This document shows, piece after piece, positions 1 to 7,963 of a stretch of 64,000 nucleotides of DNA (within the stretch, counting starts at the first letter, position 1; each line of letters opens with the position of its first letter). Source of the DNA: an uncultured Verrucomicrobiae bacterium (GTDB lineage Bacteria > Verrucomicrobiota > Verrucomicrobiia > Chthoniobacterales > Chthoniobacteraceae); the NCBI GenBank assembly GCA_963836755.1, contig CAWIKF010000001.1:160001-224000 (forward strand), given 5' to 3'. A program made the position numbers and the translations under genes. The notes under the pieces were generated by a model. The model was not told the origin of the DNA. It worked only from the letters and a program-made list of their open reading frames with translations, and did no database searches.

Positions 1-663
1 CGGGATGGTGACGTTGTATAAACAGCCGGCGACACCACACGATTCCTCGCTGCTCAAAACCGGCACGTTGATGATCTTCGTGACCGCGCACAAAACGCGG
101 CTCCAGTGGCTCTCGTCGCCGAATTGCTCTGGCTCATCATCCGACGGGGTTCGCCTGTTTCTGCGGCTGAACAAAGCATCGCCCCAGATCAATCTGCCGA
201 CCACGGGCGACGAGAAAATCGCCTTCAAATTATAGCCGGTGATCGGCTCGATCGCGCGCACAGCGAAATCTCGCGGTGGTCGCGCGAAGCCCGCCGCTAC
301 CATGTCCGCGCGATCCCAAACCACGATATTCTTCGTCGGCACGCCCGCGCGCGAGATGCCCTCGGCGATCGCATCCACCACCGCGCGATGCGTGGAAAAA
401 AGCGGCCCGCCACGCGCAGAAACTTTGATGCCAACACGATCCGCGGGTTGCACGAGCGAGCGCCACGCCTCATCGAGGTTTGGCTTTTCCGTCACCGCGA
501 GCACCAGCGCATCGACCATTGCACGCACCACCGGCGCATTTTCCTGATAGTTTGAAATCGCGTCCGAATCCTGCGCAAAATAAACCGTCGCCCGCGGCGC
601 GGAATCCTGTGCGAGGCAAACCGAACCGGCAGAAATCCCGAGCAAAATCCAGGCGCGCAACAC
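1..663 (-). CDS. DUF362 domain-containing protein (3' end runs off window)
   Basis: Manual minus-strand translation from GTG at 663 is open to position 1: signal-like N-terminus, then ...LVQPADRVGIKVS..., NIVVWDR, KIINVPVLS...CGVAGCLYNVTIP, typical of DUF362. Absent from the ORF track because it has no stop in the window. Confidence 0.75.
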   Translation of the reverse strand, partial: MLRAWILLGISAGSVCLAQDSAPRATVYFAQDSDAISNYQENAPVVRAMVDALVLAVTEKPNLDEAWRSLVQPADRVGIKVSARGGPLFSTHRAVVDAIAEGISRAGVPTKNIVVWDRADMVAAGFARPPRDFAVRAIEPITGYNLKAIFSSPVVGRLIWGDALFSRRNRRTPSDDEPEQFGDESHWSRVLCAVTKIINVPVLSSEESCGVAGCLYNVTIP

Positions 664-740
664 AGCGCAGACGATGTCCGCGCCCGCGCCGAATTGCAAA
701 CGCGCCCTTGCCGTGTCGAAAAGTCGCTCGAATCAAAGTT

Positions 741-837
741 GGCCACGGATGGACACGGATGAAACACAGATGCGGATTGCTCACAGCCTTTCCTATTTTT
801 TTCCATATCCGTGGTTCATCTGGGTGCATCCGTGGCC
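741..837. repeat. REP-like inverted repeat built from CACGGAT units
   Basis: 741-771 GGCCACGGATGGACACGGATGAAACACAGAT matches the reverse complement of 807-837 (GGCCACGGATGCACCCAGATGAACCACGGAT) at 26/31; 35-nt pyrimidine-rich spacer. Confidence 0.85.
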
Positions 838-894
838 TAAGACCTCTCGAACGCAGCGAAAGAGTGGAAAGGCGAACCGCGCCGCTTTTCCGAT

Positions 895-1144
895 GGAGCA
901 ATTTGCTACGATGAATACCCTCCGGACTGCGATGCCGGAGTGTTTTGCTGCGTCATCGCAGCTATTTGCACCTTGACGGAGCTTTTTGCTCCGGTGGTGC
1001 AGTAAATTGCTGCGTGCTCGCAGCTTTTTGCATCCATGCCGATGCTCCGCGCTGCGATGTCGAACCTTTTTGCTGCGAGATGAGGCTTTTTGCTCCGAGG
1101 TCGGAGCTCCGAGGATGTTCCGCTATGCTTTTTGCTCTGATTTC
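895..1144. repeat. Degenerate tandem array, 12 units of 20-21 bp, consensus approx. GSAGC-TTTTT-GCTSC-GATGNC
   Basis: Units start at 895, 916, 937, 958, 978, 999, 1020, 1041, 1062, 1082, 1103, 1124; e.g. GGAGCTTTTTGCTCC (978), GCAGCTTTTTGCATC (1020), GAGGCTTTTTGCTCC (1082). Confidence 0.85.
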
Positions 1145-1194
1145 CGACCGGTCTTCTCTGTAAACGGACCTCGCGACGGCTCGCGCGAGGCTGC

Positions 1195-1704
1195 TTAAGC
1201 CGTCGCTGGAAGAGCGGTCGCAGCAGCAGCCGCCGCCGCAGCAGCCGCCTTGCGTCGCCCGGGGAAAAACGCGCTCATTTTATCGAGCAAACCCTTGAGG
1301 CTGTCAGGCGCGCTAATCTTAAGAATGCTGTAAACGCGCAGGGCGAAATTCGCGAGATCGACGCCGATGGCCATCTCCGTGTCGCTGGCCGCCTCCGCCA
1401 GCTTCGCGACGCGGGCAAAGTAGGGGCGGCATTGATCGAGCGAAGCCAGGTCGGCCTGCGCTTCCGCCGTGCCGGAGCCGGCCGGGATGTTATTGGGATT
1501 CTGCACCGCCGCCGTCACCGAATCGCGCACCAACTGCTCGCGTGAGGTGCCCATCTTGAAAAGGTGGGAACGCTGATCGCCGGTCAAGGAAACAAGATGC
1601 GGCAGGAACTTTGTTTCCAAAGTAGTGAGTGCAGCATCGATGGCAGTCAAATCCGCTGCCGGGATGCTAAGGGAAACAAGGTTTTCGTTGGGGTTGGATG
1701 GCAT
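1195..1704 (-). CDS. Uncharacterised alpha-helical protein (169 aa) with poly-Ala tail
   Basis: ORF MPSNPNENLVSLSIPAADLTAIDAALTTLE...LFKMG...DTEMAIGVD...VYSILK. Resembles, from memory only, a widespread unannotated family with an L-x-K-M-G motif. Confidence 0.85.
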   Translation of the reverse strand: MPSNPNENLVSLSIPAADLTAIDAALTTLETKFLPHLVSLTGDQRSHLFKMGTSREQLVRDSVTAAVQNPNNIPAGSGTAEAQADLASLDQCRPYFARVAKLAEAASDTEMAIGVDLANFALRVYSILKISAPDSLKGLLDKMSAFFPGRRKAAAAAAAAAATALPATA

Positions 1705-1831
1705 GCGCAAGCGGTAGCAAGCCGTCAAGTGCTAGGTCAAGGACTAAATGGGATTCTTTTTCAAGCGAGAGCCAACCTTCCCTTGTCGCACAGCGCAGCT
1801 TCTGCCATACAGCTTTCGAATCCGATAGTTT

Positions 1832-2130
1832 ATGAACGACTACTTGCGTGAGATCAAAGCCGCGTCCATCGACGCGACCAGGTTGAGCGTTGAGCTAAAG
1901 GACGGCTTCGCCTTCGAGCCGTGCCGCTGAACTTCTATCCCACGCTGCTGCTCGCAACCGATGAGTAGAACAGGCGATGGAAGTAAGTCCATACTCCCTG
2001 CATTGCGGAAGGGAGCTCACGACACTTGCGATCTGGGTAAACGAAGGTCTGCTGACAAGGCGCAAAAGAACATCTGAAGCTCGCGAGAAAGCATGGCAGC
2101 GTTCCGGCAGCACCGGTGAACAACCCACTA
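1832..2130 (+). pseudogene. DUF2442-like gene remnant, multiple frameshifts
   Basis: Joining frames gives MNDYLREIKAASIDATRLSVELKDG../VPLNFYPTLLLATDE../AMEVSPYSLH../CDLG/EGLL/QGAKEHLKLA, paralleling the DUF2442 pattern L.V.L.DGR...VPL.WYP.L..AT....IHW..LD.D..VEGLL.G. Confidence 0.6.
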
Positions 2131-2304
2131 AGGCCGGCTGTTTCTCCGCCAATGAGCTATAACCGAGGTTTTTAGACCAGATGGAGACGGAAGGCAGTGG
2201 ACCTGCTGCAATCGACTGCATGGCATTTACTCACTGCGACGGATTGCGGGCATGTTGAAGGCGAGAAATGGCACGAAGCTGCGAGAAAGCATGGCAGCGT
2301 TCCG
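2083..2304 (+). repeat. 24-bp exact direct repeat, 198 bp apart
   Basis: GCGAGAAAGCATGGCAGCGTTCCG at 2083-2106 and 2281-2304; both are preceded by GAAGCT and followed shortly by GTGAACA. Confidence 0.9.
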
Positions 2305-2492
2305 CTGCGCCAGGACGGGCGGCGTGAACATGGGGACAAGGACGGTGCTTATTTCATAGCGAAGAACGAATCGTTGTAACTATCTTCGACTGCTATCGAA
2401 AGCACGAACTCGAAAGAAATGTGCGTGCTCCTATTTTATCAATCTCTTCAAACCGCCATATTCCGTCTCCCTCCCATTGACCAAACTGACTT

Positions 2493-2608
2493 ATGAACCG
2501 ACTCTACTATGGCGATAACCTGGATGGTGTTGCGCGATCGGAAGAACTTTTCGGATGAGTGCGTGGATTTGATCTATCATCGATCCGCCGTTCAACTCGA
2601 AGCGCGAT
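2493..2608 (+). pseudogene. N-terminal fragment of an N6/N4 DNA methyltransferase
   Basis: Removing single bases near 2526 and 2578 gives MNRLYYGDNLDVLRDRKNFSDECVDLIYIDPPFNSKRD, the classic YGDNL...VDLIYxDPPF start of amino-methyltransferases. Nothing recognisable follows. Confidence 0.85.
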
Positions 2609-2628
2609 CAGCAAACATGACAGCGAGT

Positions 2629-3194
2629 ATGAAATTAGGAGACCTCGCTAACTACGCTCAAGTATTCAGCTTGCCGCTGACGGTTTTTTTTGGTGGGTGA
2701 CGGCAGATCGCTTTTCAAGATTTTGGAAGCAAAGAGGCAAGCTGATCCTTCTAGTTCTTTTTCTCGTAGCCATAGTTGCAGCGAAGCGGATCGGGTGGTT
2801 AAACCAGCAAGCTCCAATCTGGCTTCTAGGGTTGCTGCTCGCATGTTGCGTTCTGATTATGTGGTTCTACCAAAAGGTCGGTAGTATTCCTGCTAGGCAA
2901 CCTTGTTCTTCTGGGAATGTGGAGGGCGTAGAATGGAATTGGCGAATCGTCTATGGCAGGTTTCTTGAAAACAGTCTTGTTCCTATTTGTCCGAATGCCT
3001 CGTGTCGCTGCCAATTAGATCACGAAAGAGTGGAATACGTTGGAAACGAGCAAAGCTACCGGCGTGTCGATCATGTGAAGCTAAAATGTCGTCGTTGCGG
3101 GTTTAGCCGCGTTTTCGAGTGCAACTGGATCGACCTGTTGCATGATATTCGCATTGAGGTCGAGAGACGTTTTCGAACGGAGGAATATCATTAA
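2629..3194 (+). CDS. Membrane protein with C-terminal Zn-ribbon-like domain; apparent frameshift at T8 run 2684-2691
   Basis: ORF 2697-3194 has two hydrophobic segments plus CPNASC and CRRC motifs. The upstream frame MKLGDLANYAQVFSLPLTVFF joins it (...VFFWWVTADRF) if the run is T9. Confidence 0.6.
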
Positions 3195-3216
3195 CCTACT
3201 GCAAGCAACCAGCTAA

Positions 3217-4035
3217 CTAAGCTTTGCGCTTCGTATCTTTGACGCCTGCTTTGCGCACGGGGGCTTTTTTTGCACCGTTGCCGTCTAGCGTGGTTTGACC
3301 GGATTTGGGCGTCGCTTTTACCACTTGGAAGTCTTGCAAGGCGGGTGACTCGACGACGGTGATTTCGGCGTTGTCGTTCCATGGGGCTTTGACGTCTTTC
3401 TCGCCCTGGTCGCCTTCGCCGGTGGAGTCGTTATACCATTGGTCGACGATTCCTGGCGTGGGCGGGATGAGTCCGACTGCGAGCGGCGGTTTGCCGAGGC
3501 TGTCGAGGGCTTGCATGAAGGCGCGCATGTGGGTGATCTCGCGGGTCATCAGGAATTGGAGCGCTTCCTTGGTGCCGGGGTCGTCGCAGAAATTGATGAG
3601 GCGTTCGTAGACGATCTTCGCGCGCGCCTCGGCGGCGATGTTGCTCCGCAGATCGACGTCGAGTTCGCCTGTTACTTTTAAATAATCGGCGGTCCACGCG
3701 TCGCCCATGGAGTTGCAGAGCGCGACGCCTCCACCGCCCGCGATGGCGATGAGCGGATCGTGCTCGGCGGCATCGGCGTCGGTTTTCATCGGTTTCAAAT
3801 GCATGCGCGCGAGCGTGCCGATGATTTCGAGATGGCTGAGCTCCTCGGTGCCGATGTCCATGAGGAGGTCTTTGCAGGCAATGTCCTCGCAGTTGATGCC
3901 CTGGATGGAGTATTGCATGGCGGCGGCGAGTTCGCCGTTGGCGCCTCCGAATTGCTCGAGCAGCATATTGCCAAAGCGCGGCTCGGGACGGCCGACGCGG
4001 ACGGTGAACATGAGTTTCTTGATGTGATGATACAT
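3217..4035 (-). CDS. Manganese catalase family protein
   Basis: EQFGGANGELAAAMQY, DIGTEELSHLE, DLRSNIAAEARAKIVYERL, REITH motifs. Confidence 0.95.
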   Translation of the reverse strand: MYHHIKKLMFTVRVGRPEPRFGNMLLEQFGGANGELAAAMQYSIQGINCEDIACKDLLMDIGTEELSHLEIIGTLARMHLKPMKTDADAAEHDPLIAIAGGGGVALCNSMGDAWTADYLKVTGELDVDLRSNIAAEARAKIVYERLINFCDDPGTKEALQFLMTREITHMRAFMQALDSLGKPPLAVGLIPPTPGIVDQWYNDSTGEGDQGEKDVKAPWNDNAEITVVESPALQDFQVVKATPKSGQTTLDGNGAKKAPVRKAGVKDTKRKA

Positions 4036-4133
4036 GGGAGTGCGAGTTCTAGATTTTGATCCGAGCCGAAATGGCCGCGGCTGCAGGGGAAACGGCGCGT
4101 GGCTTTTGGCCGGTCGTAAAAAGATGGATCGAC

Positions 4134-4149
4134 GACGTTTCGAAACGTC
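4134..4149. promoter_or_regulatory. 16-bp perfect palindrome ~100 bp upstream of Mn catalase, candidate operator
   Basis: GACGTTTCGAAACGTC in the intergenic region. Confidence 0.4.
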
Positions 4150-4182
4150 TCCAATCGGAAGCCGCATTCGCGGGCAGCGTGG

Positions 4183-6063
4183 CTATTGCATCGCCGCGGG
4201 CGCGTCGGCGGAGAGGGAGATCGGCGGGCAGTAGGTGCCGATGAGTTCGCGTTTCCACCATGCCTCGGATTCGCCGGAGCGGGTGAATTTGTAATCGTAA
4301 ACAAGCGCGCGGACGTAGCGCGGCGGCTTGTTTGGAAAGGGGTTGTGCCCGAGCAGGTCGAGCACTTCGGGCGTGCCTTCGAGGAGGCGCTCGAGGAAGT
4401 TCACGAACCACGGATTGTCGCGGACGGTGCCGAGCGAGGCGAACCACATTTGCCAATCGAGCCGCGGCTGATGCGGCGCGACGAGGCGCGGACGACGCCA
4501 GACGTCGCCGGGTTTCCATTTGAACTCGTAGGCGGTCCACGCGACGCCGTCGTTGCTGCCTTCGACGATGATTTCCGGCCGGCTCGTGGTCATGACGGCG
4601 AAGAGGCCGTAGCTGTTGAAGCTGCGCAGGGGGGCGACGGCGTTGTAGAGCCGCATGAGCGGCGCGGGCCAATGGATGTCGAGGTCGAATGCGCCGAAAA
4701 GCTGCATCGTGGTGACGGCGACGCTGGTGGCCGCGACGGGGCCGGCGATCCAGGGCGACCAGCCGCCAGGGCGCTTGAAAGCTGGGCGCGCGAGCTTTCG
4801 CCATCGCGCAGGCCATGCGTCGTCATCGATGAGCAGAAGGCAAAGGCCGGCGGTGAGGTAATTGAAAAAGCAGTAGTTGCCGCTGATGGCGATCATGGCT
4901 TGCAGGCCGAGCATTGCGGCGCAGCCGAGACGCCGGACGCGCGTCGGCCCGATCATGGTTAAGGGCGCGCCGAGCTCGATGGCGAACATCACGAGCACGG
5001 AAAATTTTTCCCAATCGAGCGGCGATTGGTTGAGATACCAGCTCGTCCAGATCGGCAGCGGCTGCGTTTCGTAGTGGTAGTTCAAGGCGGTGAGCGCGCG
5101 CCATGTCTGCACGCCATTCTCGCTCGGCGGCGCGTTGAGTTTCACCACGCCCGACTCGAACATGAGCCGGAAAAGCAGCCACAACAAAGCGAGATGCGCG
5201 ATCTTTGTCCCGCTCCCGCTCACTCGCCAATCGGGCAGCAGGCGCAACGGCGGGACGAGGAAAATCGCGAGAAATCCGGTCTCCAAAAGCAGCGCGTCCC
5301 ATTGATAACCGAGGAAGGTCTGGCCGACCACTGAGAGCGAAAGATAAAGCGCCCAGAGCAAAATCAGCGACAGGCACGGCAGGAAGTTGAAGACGACCGC
5401 GAGCGACAAAACCGCGCCGGCCACGCAAAGAAAAATCAAAAACACGTCGTTTACACTCCACCAGCAAACTGTTGGCAGCAGCCAATGGCGCTCGGGGCCG
5501 AGTTGCGCCCGCGCAGCATTGAGATAATCCGCCGCCGGCAGGATGCCGTGCCGCCCGATCAACCCGCGCACTTGCACGAGCAGTGAAAGAAACGCGACGA
5601 AGTAAATCGCGCCGAGCAGTCGCAGAAAAACCCAGCGAGCAATGAAAAATGTGGGCCGGCGAAAACTGCTTCCCCAAAGCACGCGCGTGAAAATGGAAAA
5701 TGTCATCCGATGCGCTGCGATGAAGCGGTAGGCGATGCGCGAGATTTTTGAAAAACCGGGAATCCGTCGCAAAGCCCGCAGCCAGAACGGCTCGCTTCCC
5801 GAAATCTCGAACGCACGAAATACAGCGTCCGAGCCGGCGGTCACCGTGCCGTCGGGCTCGATGAGCTGCACGGCGTGTTCAAAATCGCGATGCGGGATTT
5901 CCGGAAAGCGCTCCGCGACCTGCTGCGAGCGGCGATAATCGATGCGCCGGCCCGTCCGCTCCCGCCAGCGTGCGATCCAGAAACGGCAGAAATTGCAATC
6001 GCCGTCATAAACCATCAGTGGTTCGCGGGGCGGGCGCCGCACGCGTTTTTGCGAAATGCTCAT
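4183..6063 (-). CDS. Lipase maturation factor family protein with N-terminal DCC1/DUF393 thiol-disulfide domain
   Basis: YDGDCNFC at the N-terminus; QWDALLLETGF, FRLMFESGVVKL, HYETQPLP, PHQPRLDWQMWFA are LMF motifs. Start uncertain. Confidence 0.9.
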   Translation of the reverse strand: MSISQKRVRRPPREPLMVYDGDCNFCRFWIARWRERTGRRIDYRRSQQVAERFPEIPHRDFEHAVQLIEPDGTVTAGSDAVFRAFEISGSEPFWLRALRRIPGFSKISRIAYRFIAAHRMTFSIFTRVLWGSSFRRPTFFIARWVFLRLLGAIYFVAFLSLLVQVRGLIGRHGILPAADYLNAARAQLGPERHWLLPTVCWWSVNDVFLIFLCVAGAVLSLAVVFNFLPCLSLILLWALYLSLSVVGQTFLGYQWDALLLETGFLAIFLVPPLRLLPDWRVSGSGTKIAHLALLWLLFRLMFESGVVKLNAPPSENGVQTWRALTALNYHYETQPLPIWTSWYLNQSPLDWEKFSVLVMFAIELGAPLTMIGPTRVRRLGCAAMLGLQAMIAISGNYCFFNYLTAGLCLLLIDDDAWPARWRKLARPAFKRPGGWSPWIAGPVAATSVAVTTMQLFGAFDLDIHWPAPLMRLYNAVAPLRSFNSYGLFAVMTTSRPEIIVEGSNDGVAWTAYEFKWKPGDVWRRPRLVAPHQPRLDWQMWFASLGTVRDNPWFVNFLERLLEGTPEVLDLLGHNPFPNKPPRYVRALVYDYKFTRSGESEAWWKRELIGTYCPPISLSADAPAAMQ

Positions 6064-6103
6064 CGCTGCAAAGAAGTTACGCAGCAAGCCGCCGCCACGC
6101 GTG

Positions 6104-7963
6104 TCAACGCACGATGCCGTCGCCGAGCCAATCGAAGGATGGCGTCAAAACTTTTTGCGCAAGCCGGTATCCGCGATGGTCCGCGTTGTGCGAAATGTCG
6201 TTAAACAGGGCGTTGATGCGCAACCGCGCGGTGCGGCAGAAAAAATCGACGAGCGACAGCATTTCGTCCGCGTTTTCCTTTTCGCAAAGCAGCGCCTGCG
6301 CCCGCGCGCATGTCGCGGCAATCGCGAAAAATTCCGTGCCGATATCGACGAATCGGCCAAGCAAAACCTGCTCGCGTTCCAGCTTCGGGCCATATTTTGC
6401 CATCGCGTGAAAAAGTGCGCGCGCGAGCCGTTTCGAGCCGCTCGCCACGCCCCGCATGTGCCGCGCGAGACGCGGATGAAAAGCGTCGCCACCGCCGAAA
6501 ACCGGCAGCCACTGGCGCGGATACCAACCGGCGTAAAAGCCCGTCGCGCCAAGCGCAGCCTTGATTCGCGCGGAAATGGGAAGTTGCGAATTCATCATCG
6601 GCGCGCCGATTTTTAAATGCGGATCGAGCGCCTCGCGCGCGATGAAAAGCCGCATGATTTCGCTCGAGCCCTCGAAGATCGTGTTGATGCGTGAATCGCG
6701 AAAAAGTCTTTCGACCGGCACCGGCTCTTCGCCGCGCGCCGCGAGCGACTGCGCGGTTTCGTAGCCGCGTCCGCCGCGAATCTGCATCGTGTCGTTCGTG
6801 ATTTCCCACGAGCGCTCGGTCGCCCACAATTTGCACAGCGCCGCTTCCAGCCGCACGTCCGCTTTTTTGTCGCGATCGACAATGCTCGCCGCAAAAAGCG
6901 ACATCGATTCCATCGCGAAAATGTTCGCGGCCATGCGCGCGATTTTGTCCGCGATCGCTGCGTGCCGGCCGATCGGCGCGCCCCATTGCACGCGCTCTGC
7001 CGCCCATTTGCGCGTGATTTGAAGACAACGTTTCGACAACCCGACGCAAGCCGCCGGCAGCGTGAGACGGCCGGTGTTCAACGTTGTCAGCGCGACGCGC
7101 AGCCCTTTTCCTTCCGCTAGCAAAATGTTTTCACGCGGCACACGAACGTTTGTAAAACGAACGACAGCATTATAGAGCGCCTTCAATCCCATGAAGCGGC
7201 AGCGGTGCGTGACCTCGATGCCCGGCGTGTCCATGTCGAGCAGGAACGCGGTGATCTGGTTGCGCCCGTTGCGCGGCGGCGTTTTCGCCATCACGACGAT
7301 CACGCCAGCCTTCACGCCGTTCGTGCACCAAAGTTTTTCGCCATTCAAAATGAAATGGTCGCCGTCCGGCTCCGCATGCGTTTCCATCTTCGCCGGATCG
7401 CTGCCGACTTTCGGCTCGGTCAGCGCGAATGCGGAAATTTCTCCGCCGGCCACGCGCGGCAAAAAACGCCGCTTTTGCTCCTCGGTGCCAAACATGATCA
7501 GCGGCTGCGGAACGCCGATCGATTGATGCGCGGAGATCAGCGCGGTGAGATTTCCGCAGTAGCTGCCGAGCAGCATTCCGGCGCGGCAGTAATTGGTTTG
7601 CGATAGCCCGAGGCCGCCAAATTCGGGCGAAATTTTGATTCCAAACGCGCCCATTTCTGCAAGCGCCTCGATGACGTCGTCCGGAATTTCACCCGTCCGA
7701 TCAATCTCGTCGGGATCGACGCGCGTCTTTAAAAAATGCTCGAGCCGTTGCAAAAACGCATCGCCTTGATCGCGATCCTCCGCGCTTTGCATCGGGAATG
7801 GATGAATCTGCCGCACGTCGCAACGGCCCATGAAAAGTCCGCCCGCAAAGCCGCGTTCCGCATGCGCCGCCTCGCGCGCGGACTCGGTCAATTCCAGCGC
7901 TGCGCGCTGTTCCGGCGACATCTTTGATGTGTCGATGACCGATGTGGCGTCGTCAGCTTTCAT
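6104..7963 (-). CDS. Acyl-CoA dehydrogenase
   Basis: AFALTEPKVGSD, LNGEKLWCTNG, QIRGGRGYE, IFEGSSEIMRLFIA. Confidence 0.95.
   Translation of the reverse strand: MKADDATSVIDTSKMSPEQRAALELTESAREAAHAERGFAGGLFMGRCDVRQIHPFPMQSAEDRDQGDAFLQRLEHFLKTRVDPDEIDRTGEIPDDVIEALAEMGAFGIKISPEFGGLGLSQTNYCRAGMLLGSYCGNLTALISAHQSIGVPQPLIMFGTEEQKRRFLPRVAGGEISAFALTEPKVGSDPAKMETHAEPDGDHFILNGEKLWCTNGVKAGVIVVMAKTPPRNGRNQITAFLLDMDTPGIEVTHRCRFMGLKALYNAVVRFTNVRVPRENILLAEGKGLRVALTTLNTGRLTLPAACVGLSKRCLQITRKWAAERVQWGAPIGRHAAIADKIARMAANIFAMESMSLFAASIVDRDKKADVRLEAALCKLWATERSWEITNDTMQIRGGRGYETAQSLAARGEEPVPVERLFRDSRINTIFEGSSEIMRLFIAREALDPHLKIGAPMMNSQLPISARIKAALGATGFYAGWYPRQWLPVFGGGDAFHPRLARHMRGVASGSKRLARALFHAMAKYGPKLEREQVLLGRFVDIGTEFFAIAATCARAQALLCEKENADEMLSLVDFFCRTARLRINALFNDISHNADHRGYRLAQKVLTPSFDWLGDGIVR

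Noticed and set aside
895..1144. CRISPR array interpretation of the 21-bp repeats
   Set aside because: Linkers are only 5-6 nt, units are degenerate, and no cas genes are in the window.
945..1198. Plus-strand ORFs 945-1163 and 986-1198
   Set aside because: Cys/Phe/Arg-rich by-products of the repeat array with no coherent protein pattern.
1219..1250. GCN triplet run as a separate repeat element
   Set aside because: It encodes the poly-Ala tail of the 1195-1704 protein.
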